From Candidatus Latescibacterota bacterium (GTDB lineage: Bacteria; Latescibacterota; UBA2968; UBA8231): a stretch of DNA of 64,000 bases. How positions within the stretch are numbered: the stretch's first letter is position 1; the number at the start of each line of letters is the position of its first letter. The stretch covers positions 576,001 through 640,000 of the forward strand of contig OZ241867.1 of the NCBI GenBank assembly GCA_965203175.1, written 5' to 3'. Below, piece by piece: positions 17,003 through 26,767 of the stretch. A program made the translations under genes and the position numbers. The notes beneath the pieces were generated by a model, which searched no databases, had not been told where the DNA came from, and saw nothing but the letters and a program-made list of their open reading frames with translations.

Positions 17003-18370
17003 TTACATTTTGCCGACTTCTTCGCGCTCGGCGTCAATGATGCCCTGCTCCTCTGCGGCCCGATCAACGGTCGTGCCGTAGTCGAGGCCAGCCAACTCGA
17101 TCTCACGTGGAATGCGCAGCCCGCCGAGGCTGTGAATAATTTTAGCCGCTACCCACCCCGGCAGAAAGCCGAGCAGTCCGAACATGATCAAAGCGCCGGC
17201 GATTTGGCCCAGCGGGTTGATGCTGGCAAATCCCTCGCTCGGCGACGATGGATAGCCCCACAGCACGAAGCCACAGACCACGACGCCAAAGAAGCCAGCG
17301 TACCCGTGTACCGCCACCGCCCCGACGGCGTCGTCAACCTTGAACCTGCGCTCCACCCAGTAGTGCATCTTATACATGAATACGACGCCGAGGGCGGCAA
17401 TGAGCATGGCCTGTACCGGGTGGTACAAGTCGTTGCCAGCCGATGCGGCGATTATGCCAGCCAAGCCGGCCGAATAGGTCCAGTACGCGTCGCCCTTCGA
17501 GATGAGGTACCCGGCGAGCAGGCCGCCGGCCAAGGCCATGAGAAAGTTCACCGTAATGGCGGATAGGGTAGTAGGAGCCAAGTAGATGTTGGTGGCCGAG
17601 TAAAAAGTGCCGTCGCCACTTTGCACGTCCCACATCGGGACGTTGCAGGCCACGTAGAACCCCCAGAAGCCAGTGTATATGAGGAAGAGGCCGATGGTCA
17701 CCAGCCACGGGTTGCGCGGGTTGATGCTCCTCGGCGTCCCGTCCGCGGCAAACTTACCAATCCTCGGCCCTAGCACGACCAACACGCCGAGGGCAAAGCC
17801 GCCGGCAATGGCGTGAATGACCCCAGAGGCATAGGCGTCGTGGTAGCCCAGCACCTGCACCATCCAGCCTTCGGCGTGCCAGCCCCAAGCCGCGTCAATG
17901 ACCCAGAATACCGAGCCGATGAGGATGGCCAAAATCCAGAAGGCGGAGGAGCGGATGCGCTCGATGACCGAGCCGGAAACAATCGAGGCCGCGGTCCAAG
18001 AAAACAGCAGGAACGCCGCCCAGAACACGCCGTTGAGCCGCGCCCAGCCACCGGGATCCCCAGCACCCCCCAGATGCGGTCCCATCAGCTCGCTCCAAGC
18101 CACCGCGTGCGGTGCCTCGACGAGGCCACCGATAATGCCCGGCCCGTTCGGGAAAGCGAAGTAGATCCACCAGCCAAAGAAGAAGAAGGTAATGGTCACC
18201 AGCGGAATGAGCATCGTGTTCTTCATCAGGGTGTGGACGTGGTTTTTGTGGCGCGAAACGCCCACTTCGTACATGCAAAATCCCACGTGGATGAAAAACA
18301 TCAACACCACCGTGATCCAGTAGTAAAACTCGGTGAATATGACGCTCAGCGAACTGAGTTCGTTGTCCAT
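17003..18370 (-). CDS. Amt/Rh family transporter (divergent)
   Basis: GFCMYEVG, LMKN, SGSVIER, HDAYASGVIH, GPRIGKF, DDAVGAVAVHG. Confidence 0.9.
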   Translation of the reverse strand: MDNELSSLSVIFTEFYYWITVVLMFFIHVGFCMYEVGVSRHKNHVHTLMKNTMLIPLVTITFFFFGWWIYFAFPNGPGIIGGLVEAPHAVAWSELMGPHLGGAGDPGGWARLNGVFWAAFLLFSWTAASIVSGSVIERIRSSAFWILAILIGSVFWVIDAAWGWHAEGWMVQVLGYHDAYASGVIHAIAGGFALGVLVVLGPRIGKFAADGTPRSINPRNPWLVTIGLFLIYTGFWGFYVACNVPMWDVQSGDGTFYSATNIYLAPTTLSAITVNFLMALAGGLLAGYLISKGDAYWTYSAGLAGIIAASAGNDLYHPVQAMLIAALGVVFMYKMHYWVERRFKVDDAVGAVAVHGYAGFFGVVVCGFVLWGYPSSPSEGFASINPLGQIAGALIMFGLLGFLPGWVAAKIIHSLGGLRIPREIELAGLDYGTTVDRAAEEQGIIDAEREEVGKM

Positions 18371-18458
18371 GATTCCCCTCCCTGTTTTGGGATTTCATTC
18401 ATCGTCCCAAAGTAATACGGATAATTTAGGGGTATCTCAAGGTCTTTTTGACTTGGGC

Positions 18459-19280
18459 TTAGTCGCCTCCTGCGGGAGAGCCGGTTCCACTCCCGCGACG
18501 GCGCAACCATTCTACTGTAAACAGAACTAAAACGGCAAAAGCGATGAGAAAGGTCGCCACCGCCAGGATGGTGGGGCTGATCTGCTCGCGGATACCCGCC
18601 CACATCTGTCGCGGAATGGTCCGTTGCTCCAAGCCACCCATGAACAGCACCACCACGACCTCGTCGAAGGAAGCGGCAAAGGCGAATAACCCGCCAGACG
18701 CAACCCCAGGTGCGATGAGCGGCAACTGCACCTGCCAGAAGCTGCGCAACGGACCCGCGCCGAGGCTGGCCGCGGCCCGCATCAAGTTCCGGTCAAAGCC
18801 CGACAACGTGGCGGTTACGGTGATCACCACAAACGGCACTCCGAGTACGGCATGGGCGAGGATTATGCCGAGGTGAGTCTGAGCCAAGCCGAGGCTGGAG
18901 TAAAAGAAGAACATTCCCACTGCGGCAATGATGACCGGCGTGATCATCGGCGAGATCAACAGCCCCATCACAGTCCGCCGAGCGGGCATGGCCGAGTTCG
19001 CCAGCCCGAGCGCCGCTAGGGTGCCAAGCGAGGTCGCGAGCAGGGTGGCCGAGACGCCGATGACCAAGCTGTTGACCAAGGCGCGGGTCCATACGCCGTC
19101 TTCAAAGATGCTGCGGTACCAACGCAGCGAATACGCCTCCGGGTCGAAACGCAGCATGCCCTCGGTAAACGTAAAATACGGCTCCGCGTTGAAGCTGAGC
19201 GGCACGATCACCAAGATCGGCGCGACCAAGAAGACAAACGCCGCCGTGCAGAACGCGAGATAGACCCACCGCGCCAACAT
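18459..19280 (-). CDS. Polyamine-type ABC transporter permease (PotC-like)
   Basis: Start MLARWVY at 19280; PILVIVPLSF, AAASLGA, SFDEVVV. Confidence 0.9.
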   Translation of the reverse strand: MLARWVYLAFCTAAFVFLVAPILVIVPLSFNAEPYFTFTEGMLRFDPEAYSLRWYRSIFEDGVWTRALVNSLVIGVSATLLATSLGTLAALGLANSAMPARRTVMGLLISPMITPVIIAAVGMFFFYSSLGLAQTHLGIILAHAVLGVPFVVITVTATLSGFDRNLMRAAASLGAGPLRSFWQVQLPLIAPGVASGGLFAFAASFDEVVVVLFMGGLEQRTIPRQMWAGIREQISPTILAVATFLIAFAVLVLFTVEWLRRRGSGTGSPAGGD

Positions 19281-20512
19281 CAGCCCAGCCTCATGCGGTC
19301 GATGCCCACCACGCGGTCGTAGAGCACGTACAGCGCGATGATGCCCACTAGCAGGATGGCGGCGAGCGCGGCGGCGAGTCCCCAGTTGAGCGAGGTCTGC
19401 ATGTGATAGGCGATCATGTTGGAGATGAGCTGACCCTTGCTCCCGCCGACCAGCGCCGGCGTGATGTAGTAGCCAATGGCGAGAATGAACACCATCAGCG
19501 ATCCAGCGCCGACGCCGGGCAAGGTCTGTGGCCAATAGACGCGCCAGAACGCCTGAAAGGGCGTCGCACCGAGGGAGGCTGCGGCCTGGACGTGCGACGG
19601 CGGAATCGAACGCATCACCGAGTACAGCGGCAGCACCATAAAGGGCAGCAGCACGTGGGTCATCGCCACAAACGTGCCGGTCATGTTGTATATCATGGCG
19701 ATGCGGCCGTCGTCCGCGACCAGTCCGATCGCCACCAGCAAGCTGTTGATCACGCCCTGGGTCTGGAGCAGCACGATCCAAGCCGTCGTCCGCACCAGCA
19801 GGGAGGTCCAGAACGGCACCAACACCAGCAACAACAGCAGGTTGGCGCGGCGCGGCGGCGCGTGGGCGATCAGGTGGGCAATCGGGTAGCCAATGACCAA
19901 GCACAGCGCGGAAATGCCAAAGCTAATGGCCAGCGTTCGCCACAAAAGCGGCAGGTAGATACGTCGTTCCTCTGGCTGCCGAGCGATGCTACCATCGGGT
20001 TGGCGCATGAAGTCGAGCGCATTGATATAGTGGCGGAACGTGAACCGCTCCCCAGCGCTGCGAATCGCCAACCACACATCCGGCTTGCCCCAAGCGGCGT
20101 CGATGCCGATCATGGTCTCGCGCCAAGAGTCGCCGCTGGCGTTGCGCAACTTGCGCACACTGCGCGTGACGACGCTGCGCAAGCCGCTCTTGATGCGGTT
20201 GACGCGCGTGGCAATTTGGCCGAGGGTGCGCTCTTCCCGCGCCTGCAGCAACTCGCGTGCAGCCGTTGCGTACACAGGCTCATCCAAGGCGCTCGTCCCG
20301 TCCCATGTGCGCAATAGAACGAGCGTTTCCGGCAATGCATCCGCGACTAGGGGGTCGTACGCACTGCGCACGAGCAACGAACCAAGTGGCGCGACAAAGG
20401 TCACCAAGACAAAGACGATCAGCGGCAGGGCCAATCCGGCCGCTCGCCGCCGCTGCCCCGCCTGCTGCTTGGACGCGTCTAAACCCGTTTCTGCTGTTAC
20501 TTGGTCAACCAC
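19280..20512 (-). CDS. Polyamine-type ABC transporter permease (PotB-like) with large periplasmic loop
   Basis: PFWTSLLVRT, LLPFMVLPLY, AAASLGA, GYYITPALVGG; GTG start overlaps the potA-like stop. Confidence 0.88.
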   Translation of the reverse strand: MVDQVTAETGLDASKQQAGQRRRAAGLALPLIVFVLVTFVAPLGSLLVRSAYDPLVADALPETLVLLRTWDGTSALDEPVYATAARELLQAREERTLGQIATRVNRIKSGLRSVVTRSVRKLRNASGDSWRETMIGIDAAWGKPDVWLAIRSAGERFTFRHYINALDFMRQPDGSIARQPEERRIYLPLLWRTLAISFGISALCLVIGYPIAHLIAHAPPRRANLLLLLVLVPFWTSLLVRTTAWIVLLQTQGVINSLLVAIGLVADDGRIAMIYNMTGTFVAMTHVLLPFMVLPLYSVMRSIPPSHVQAAASLGATPFQAFWRVYWPQTLPGVGAGSLMVFILAIGYYITPALVGGSKGQLISNMIAYHMQTSLNWGLAAALAAILLVGIIALYVLYDRVVGIDRMRLG

Positions 20513-21653
20513 TTTCGGATGGATCCCCCTCGTCGTCCACAGCATCGGGTTGCAGCGCGCGGCAGTCCAGCAAAGTCCAGCCGACGCGAATCCGATCTCC
20601 CTCCAACACACCCCCATGGCCCACAATGTTGGGGATCTTGACGATGAAGCCCGAGTGCCCACACAGCTTTAGGCGCAGGCGCATGTGATCGCCGAGAAAT
20701 GCTATATCCTCGATATCGGCGTCAAACTCGTTGGAGTACGAGTGTTCACCCTCACTCGGCGAGAGCTTCACTCGCTCCGGGCGAACGACGACCGTCGCGG
20801 CAGCCCCCGGCGGACATTGCCCCAAACTCACGGCTTTGATCAGCGCATCGCCGACCTCCACTTCACACACGCCGTCGCCGACCGTGCGCACCACGCCGTT
20901 TAGCCGGTTGTTCTCGCCGATGAAATGGGCCACGAAAGCGCGCTCCGGCTCTTCGTACAGTACCTCCGGGGACGCAACCTGCTCGATCGCGCCGCCGCGA
21001 AAGACGGCGACCCGATCCGACATGACCATAGCCTCCTGCTGATCGTGCGTGACATAGACGACCGTTATGCCCAAGGTGCGCTGAATGCGGCGGATTTCGT
21101 ATTGCATTTCCTCGCGCAGTCGTCGGTCGAGCGCGCCGAGCGGCTCGTCCATCAACACGAGCTCTGGATCGAAGACCAAGGCACGGGCGATCGCAACGCG
21201 CTGTTGCTGACCACCGGATAGCTGCCCTGGGCGGCGATCCTCCAAGCCTTCGAGGCGCACGAGGCGCAGGGTGCGGGCCACTCGCTCCTGCCGCTCGCTG
21301 GGGTCAATACCGCGCACTTCCAGCGGAAACGCCAAGTTTCGCCCGACCGTCATGTGCGGAAAGAGCGCGTAGTTTTGAAACACGACGCCGATTTCGCGCT
21401 TGTGGGGGGGCAAATCGCCGACCGGCACGCCGTTGATGCGGATGGTACCAGAAGCTAGCGTCTCAAACCCAGCGAGCATCATCAAGCAAGTCGTCTTACC
21501 GGAACCAGACGGCCCGAGCATGGTGAGGAATTCGCCCTTGTGTACGGCGAGGTCGAGATCCCGCACGACCCAGTTGCGGCCGTCGTAGCTTTTGCTAACG
21601 CCGGTGAATTCGACGTGAGGGGTGCTAGTGCAGTTGTCGTCTGTGCTCACCAC
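20505..21653 (-). CDS. Polyamine-type ABC transporter ATP-binding protein (PotA-like)
   Basis: GPSGSGKT, FQNYALFPH, LSGGQQQR, MDEP, TOBE-like tail. Confidence 0.93.
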   Translation of the reverse strand: MVSTDDNCTSTPHVEFTGVSKSYDGRNWVVRDLDLAVHKGEFLTMLGPSGSGKTTCLMMLAGFETLASGTIRINGVPVGDLPPHKREIGVVFQNYALFPHMTVGRNLAFPLEVRGIDPSERQERVARTLRLVRLEGLEDRRPGQLSGGQQQRVAIARALVFDPELVLMDEPLGALDRRLREEMQYEIRRIQRTLGITVVYVTHDQQEAMVMSDRVAVFRGGAIEQVASPEVLYEEPERAFVAHFIGENNRLNGVVRTVGDGVCEVEVGDALIKAVSLGQCPPGAAATVVVRPERVKLSPSEGEHSYSNEFDADIEDIAFLGDHMRLRLKLCGHSGFIVKIPNIVGHGGVLEGDRIRVGWTLLDCRALQPDAVDDEGDPSESG

Positions 21654-23288
21654 TTACCAACCGAGGGCATAGCCGTCGCGGCGCGGGTCGGCCCCGCCCA
21701 TAAAGGAACCCGTGTCGGCATCAACCATGATGCCTTGGCCACCGCCGACCCCAGGCGACCAGTCGCCGAGAAAATTGAATTGGTGGCCGCGGCGCTCCAG
21801 CTCGGCGAAGACTTCGCGGTCAATGCGGTTTTCAACATCGACGACAAAGCCGGGGCTTCCCGTCTTGACGCGGGGGGCTTCGATAGCGGCTTGGACGTGC
21901 ATCTGGTGATCGAGGACGTTCATAATCATCTGTGGAGTAGTCTGGAGGATGCCATAGCTCCCCGGGGTGCCGATGAGCAGGCGCAGGCCATCGGCGTCCC
22001 AAATCTGGGCCGGCGACACGCAGATCTCGTTTTTCTTGGCCGGACCAATGACATTGGGGCTGGTAGGCTCGCGGTCGAACCAGCGCATGAAGTTGTTGAG
22101 GGCAATGCCGGTCTCCGGCACCACCATGGCCGAACCAAAGGGGCCGCCCAAGCTCTGGGTGCAGGCGACGGCGTTGCCATCGGCGTCGATGGTGTCGAAA
22201 TGGGTCGTGCATTCGTTCATCCACACGCGCGGGTCACCCGCTTTGACCTCTCCAGCCGGGCCACCGGGCACGAGGTGTTCGCCAGCGGTAAACTGGGCCT
22301 TGTCGCCGATGAGCGCGCGCCGCTCGGCTGCGTATTCCTTCGAGAGCAGGCCCGCTGTCGGCGGGTCGTCGATGGCCGTGTAGGCAATGCGGTCGGCCAT
22401 GGCCAGCTTAGTTGTCTCGATAAAGCGATGCAAGGTCGGAGCGGTGTTGTGGCCGAGGCCGGCCACGTCAAAGCCCTCCATGATGGCCAGCGTCTCCAAG
22501 TACTGGACAGCTTGGCAGGGCGGCGGCGGCGCAAAGACCTCATAACCGCGATAGTTGATGGAGACTGGGTCGACGAATACTGGGACAAAGTCGGCGAGGT
22601 CTTCCTTTGTAATTAGGCCACCGGTCTCCTCCATATAGCGAACCATGCGGTCGGCAATCGCGCCCTTGTAAAAGACATCCGCGCCGTCGGCAGCAACTTG
22701 GCGGAAGGTCTCGGCAAGGGCCTTTTGCACCACCACTTCCCCAGGCTCGGGGGCCGCGCCGTCGAGTAGATAGATGTCGGCACCGGTCTTGAAGCGGCGC
22801 AGACTCTCGGCCGCACCCGCGTAGAAAAAGGCGTTCTTTACCGTGAGGGCGTAGCCCTGCTCGGCGTACTCAACGGCCGGAGCGAAGACGCGAGCGGCGT
22901 CCATCGAGCCGTAGCGCTCCAACGCGGCCATCCAGCCGCCGCAAGCACCCGGTACTAACGGCGTGAGGGGACCAAACCCCTGTTTGTCGTCGCTGTCGTA
23001 CAGATTCAAAGTGGCCGCGCGCGGGGTGAGGCCGACGTAATCGACGATCTTGTGCTCTTTTTCGCGGGCGCTGTAGATGTGCAGATAGCCGACGCCGCCA
23101 ATGCCCGACATATACGGCTCGACTACGTTGAGCGCAGCGGCCGTGGCAATGGCCGCGTCAATGGCATTGCCGCCCTCCATCAGGATGCGCATACCAGCGA
23201 GAGAGGCGAGCGGATGCGCCGAGGCGATCATGCCGCGACGGCCCGTGGCAGTGCTGCGGTGCGTGGTACCCTCAGAAGAAAAGGCCAT
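21654..23288 (-). CDS. ggt: Gamma-glutamyltransferase
   Basis: GGNAIDAA, EPYMSGIGG, nucleophile TTH, GTPG, GGADPRRDG. Confidence 0.92.
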   Translation of the reverse strand: MAFSSEGTTHRSTATGRRGMIASAHPLASLAGMRILMEGGNAIDAAIATAAALNVVEPYMSGIGGVGYLHIYSAREKEHKIVDYVGLTPRAATLNLYDSDDKQGFGPLTPLVPGACGGWMAALERYGSMDAARVFAPAVEYAEQGYALTVKNAFFYAGAAESLRRFKTGADIYLLDGAAPEPGEVVVQKALAETFRQVAADGADVFYKGAIADRMVRYMEETGGLITKEDLADFVPVFVDPVSINYRGYEVFAPPPPCQAVQYLETLAIMEGFDVAGLGHNTAPTLHRFIETTKLAMADRIAYTAIDDPPTAGLLSKEYAAERRALIGDKAQFTAGEHLVPGGPAGEVKAGDPRVWMNECTTHFDTIDADGNAVACTQSLGGPFGSAMVVPETGIALNNFMRWFDREPTSPNVIGPAKKNEICVSPAQIWDADGLRLLIGTPGSYGILQTTPQMIMNVLDHQMHVQAAIEAPRVKTGSPGFVVDVENRIDREVFAELERRGHQFNFLGDWSPGVGGGQGIMVDADTGSFMGGADPRRDGYALGW

Positions 23289-23375
23289 TGGACGCAACTC
23301 CTTGTGATTTGTAGATTTTGCGACCGCCTAAAATAGGGCGAGCAAATTACAGCGTCAATCGAGGAGCTTAGCTAT

Positions 23376-24413
23376 ATGAGCGACAAGACAATAGACCTGC
23401 GCAGCGACACGATTACCCTGCCGACCGAAGCCATGCGGGAGGCCATGGCCTGCGCGCCGTTGGGCGACGATGTGTACGGCGAAGACCCATCGGTCAACCG
23501 CCTGCAAGAAGTGGCCGCCGAAAAAGTGGGCATGGAAGCCGCGCTCTACGTGCCTTCGGGTACGATGGGCAATGCCTGCGCCTTGATGACCCACACCAAT
23601 TGGGGAGACGAGGTGCTCTTTGAGGAGCAGGCGCACATGTACTACTGGGAGGCCGGAACCTATGCCTCGCTCGCCGGGCTGTCCGCGCGCATCGCTGCTG
23701 GCGACCACGGCGTCATTACCGCCGACCAAGTACGCGAGACGGTCCGCGCCGACAACCCGCACTTTGCCCCGCTCAAGGTCGTCTGCATCGAAAACACCCA
23801 CAACAACCACGCCGGCCACGCTTGGTCGGTTGCCGAGGTGGCCGCGGTGAGTGCTGCATGCCGCGAACACGGGCTGAAACTGCACGTGGACGGGGCGCGC
23901 ATTTTTAACGCCGCCACAGCCACCGGGACGACGGTCCCAGAGTACACTCAGCACGTTGACTCCGTGATGTTCTGCATCTCCAAGGGGCTGAGCGCACCAG
24001 TCGGCTCGCTGCTGTGCGGCAGCAGGGACTTTGTCGATCGGGCCTATCGGATGCGCAAGCGGCTCGGCGGCGCCATGCGCCAAGCCGGAATAGTGGCCGC
24101 GGCCGGGGTCGTAGCCTTAGAGCAGATGGTAGATCGGCTGGCCGAGGATCACGCGGTAGCGCAGGAACTGGCCTCGGGGCTGGGCGCAATCGAGGGCGTT
24201 GAGGTGATTTTTCCGCCGCGACCGACCAATATCCTCAAGGTGGATTTTGCGGCCTTGGGCTGGTCGGCTGACGATCTGGTGGCCAAGTGGAAGGCGCGAG
24301 GGGTGTTGTGCAATCCGCGTCCGCCGCACGGGGCGCGACTGGTGGCGAATCGGCACGTGGAGCTAGAGGACGTCAAGTACGTGGTGGAGGCGACCCGGGA
24401 AATGATCGGGTAG
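23376..24413 (+). CDS. ltaE: Low-specificity L-threonine aldolase
   Basis: [47 protein letters not shown]. Confidence 0.92.
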   Translation: MSDKTIDLRSDTITLPTEAMREAMACAPLGDDVYGEDPSVNRLQEVAAEKVGMEAALYVPSGTMGNACALMTHTNWGDEVLFEEQAHMYYWEAGTYASLAGLSARIAAGDHGVITADQVRETVRADNPHFAPLKVVCIENTHNNHAGHAWSVAEVAAVSAACREHGLKLHVDGARIFNAATATGTTVPEYTQHVDSVMFCISKGLSAPVGSLLCGSRDFVDRAYRMRKRLGGAMRQAGIVAAAGVVALEQMVDRLAEDHAVAQELASGLGAIEGVEVIFPPRPTNILKVDFAALGWSADDLVAKWKARGVLCNPRPPHGARLVANRHVELEDVKYVVEATREMIG

Positions 24414-24421
24414 GGGGCCAC

Positions 24422-26767
24422 TTGGCGCGTTTTTCGTCCATATCCCGCTGCTTATGGTTCGGCGTCTTTGTCGCAGCCCTTGGCGCGGGTGATGCCGGAG
24501 GGGATGCGCTGAAAAACGCGGATGGCTCGTGGAAGTACAGCAATCATCTGGTGGGGGAGACGAGTCCGTATTTACTGCTGCACGCGCACAATCCGGTCGA
24601 GTGGTACCCCTGGGGGGAAGAAGCACTGGCGCGGGCCAAGGCCGAGGACAAACCGATCTTTCTGTCGGTCGGCTATTCGACCTGCTATTGGTGCCACGTC
24701 ATGGAGCGGCTGGTCTTTTCCGACCCCGAGATTGCGGCGCAGATGAATGTCAGCTTTGTCAACATCAAGGTCGATCGCGAGGAGCGGCCCGACATCGACC
24801 GCATTTACATGCTGGCGACCCAATTAACTACCCGGCACGGCGGCTGGCCCAATTCGGTGTTTTTGACGCCAGACCAAGAGCCGTTTTTTGCCGGCACGTA
24901 CTTTCCGCCCGAGCCTTTGCCAGGGCGACCTTCCTTTCCCCAAGTCATGGACTTCACGCGCTCGCGCTGGCAGGACCAGCGCGAGCAGGTGCTCCAAATC
25001 GCGGGCCGCTTGACCGCGGCCATCCGCGACTTGGAATCCGGGCAGCAGATGGCGGCCGTGCCGCCAGATTCTCTGCTAGTAGCGCGGGTGCTAGCTGCTG
25101 TTCAGACCCGCTACGACGCGATTAACGGCGGTTTCGGAGGCGCACCCAAATTTCCCCCGAGCTTGCGCTTGGAGATGCTGATGGCCACGGCCGAGCGCTT
25201 TGCCGATCCCCAAGTGCAGCGCATCGTTTTGCACTCGCTAGAGCGGATGGCAGCCGGTGGCATCTACGACCAAATCGGCGGCGGCTTTCACCGCTACGCC
25301 ACAGACGCCGAGTGGCGCGTGCCGCACTTCGAGAAGATGCTCTACAATCAAGCTCATTTGTCGCGGCTGTACTTGCGCGCGTACGAACTGACGGGAGACG
25401 ACCGCTGGCGGTGGGTGGCAGAGGATGTTTTTCACTTTATCGCGCGGGAGATGACCGGTCCAGAGGGGGCTTTTTACTCGGCATTGGACGCCGAAACCGA
25501 GGCCGAAGAGGGCAAGTACTACCTGTGGACTGCGGAGGACCTAGAGAACGTATTGGAGCGCGAGGCGGAATTGTTCTGGAGCGTCTATGGGTTGGCCCCC
25601 ATGCCCGAGGGCGAGGAAGGCGTCCTCTACGTGAAAACGTCGCTTGCCGAGGCCGAGTTGCGAGCGCAAATGGCACCCGTGCGGCAGCGCGTCCTTGCAG
25701 CGCGGGCCGAGCGGCTCTATCCCCTTCTCGACGACAAGGTGTTAGCCGCTTGGAACGGGATGATGATCGAAGCGTACGCGCGGGGTTTTGCGGTCTTGGG
25801 CGATCCCGCATATCGCCGGGCAGCCGAGCGGGCGGCTGATTTCGCTCTGGAGTACCTGCGGCGCGAGGACGGGGGGTTGTGGCGGGTCCATCGGCTGGGG
25901 ATTTCGCGGCAGGAAGCGTACTTAGACGACTATGCGTTTTTGGCGCGCGGGCTGACGGCATTGTACCGGGCCACTGGCGAGGCGCGGTGGTTGCAGGCCG
26001 CGCGCGAGCTGAGCGCCGAGATGGTGGCGCGATTTTGGGACGAAGAGGTCGGGGGATTTTTCTTTACGGAAGCCAGCAATGCGCTCATCGTGCGGAGCAA
26101 ATTCGCCCAAGACTCGGCCCTGCCTTCGGGCAATGCAGCGGCTGCCCACGCGCTGCTAGACTTGGCCGAGTTGACGGGCCAAGCGCACGGCTCGGCTGAG
26201 CTCGCCGAAGCCTATCGCAGTCGGGCGGCGCAAATCCTATCTGCTTTTAGCGGGGCCATGTGGGCGCAGCCCTCGGCCTCGGTGCATTTGGCAGCCGCGG
26301 CCGAGCGCCATCTGCAAGCATCGCTATCCGCAGCCGCATTAGCAGACACGCCAGCGGATTCACTGGTCTCCATGCGGGTCGAACTGCCCGCGCAACAGCC
26401 CGTGGCGGGCGAGGCTTTTGCCGTGGCCGTGCATCTAGATATTCGCCCGGGCTGGCACATCAACGCCAACCCGCCCTCGGGCGATTTGCTCATTCCCACT
26501 TCGCTGACGCTCAATGCGGACTGGCCGCTGGACTTTGCCCGCGTGCGCTATCCCACCGGCCGCTCGCAGGCCTTTCCGGCCCTAGCAGAGACGCTCTCGG
26601 TGTACGAGGATCAGGTCGCGCTATGGGCGGATTTGTCGCTGCCCACAGCAGCGGCTGGGACGGCGGGCTATTTGCGCTTCCTGGTCCAGTATCAAGCCTG
26701 TGACGAAGTCCGTTGCCTCCCGCCGACGGAATTGAACCAGAGCGTGCTGGTGGCCGTGGCACCATGA
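24422..26767 (+). CDS. YyaL/SPATA20-like protein (DUF255 thioredoxin + alpha/alpha toroid) with C-terminal DsbD-N-like domain
   Basis: [57 protein letters not shown]; probable signal peptide; start uncertain. Confidence 0.9.
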   Translation: MARFSSISRCLWFGVFVAALGAGDAGGDALKNADGSWKYSNHLVGETSPYLLLHAHNPVEWYPWGEEALARAKAEDKPIFLSVGYSTCYWCHVMERLVFSDPEIAAQMNVSFVNIKVDREERPDIDRIYMLATQLTTRHGGWPNSVFLTPDQEPFFAGTYFPPEPLPGRPSFPQVMDFTRSRWQDQREQVLQIAGRLTAAIRDLESGQQMAAVPPDSLLVARVLAAVQTRYDAINGGFGGAPKFPPSLRLEMLMATAERFADPQVQRIVLHSLERMAAGGIYDQIGGGFHRYATDAEWRVPHFEKMLYNQAHLSRLYLRAYELTGDDRWRWVAEDVFHFIAREMTGPEGAFYSALDAETEAEEGKYYLWTAEDLENVLEREAELFWSVYGLAPMPEGEEGVLYVKTSLAEAELRAQMAPVRQRVLAARAERLYPLLDDKVLAAWNGMMIEAYARGFAVLGDPAYRRAAERAADFALEYLRREDGGLWRVHRLGISRQEAYLDDYAFLARGLTALYRATGEARWLQAARELSAEMVARFWDEEVGGFFFTEASNALIVRSKFAQDSALPSGNAAAAHALLDLAELTGQAHGSAELAEAYRSRAAQILSAFSGAMWAQPSASVHLAAAAERHLQASLSAAALADTPADSLVSMRVELPAQQPVAGEAFAVAVHLDIRPGWHINANPPSGDLLIPTSLTLNADWPLDFARVRYPTGRSQAFPALAETLSVYEDQVALWADLSLPTAAAGTAGYLRFLVQYQACDEVRCLPPTELNQSVLVAVAP
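26186..26212. repeat. Short palindromic element, apparent in-frame insertion
   Basis: GGCTCGGC-TGAGCTC-GCCGAAGCC hairpin encoding (AH)GSAELAEA, flanked by AAGC. Confidence 0.55.

Noticed and set aside
18459-19904. 481-aa version of the PotC-like ORF
   Set aside because: The upstream part is an out-of-frame shadow of the PotB-like gene; the real start is 19280
21540-22616. Long antisense ORFs (also 40520-40885, 19403-20317 and many others)
   Set aside because: Shadow frames of real high-GC genes with no motifs
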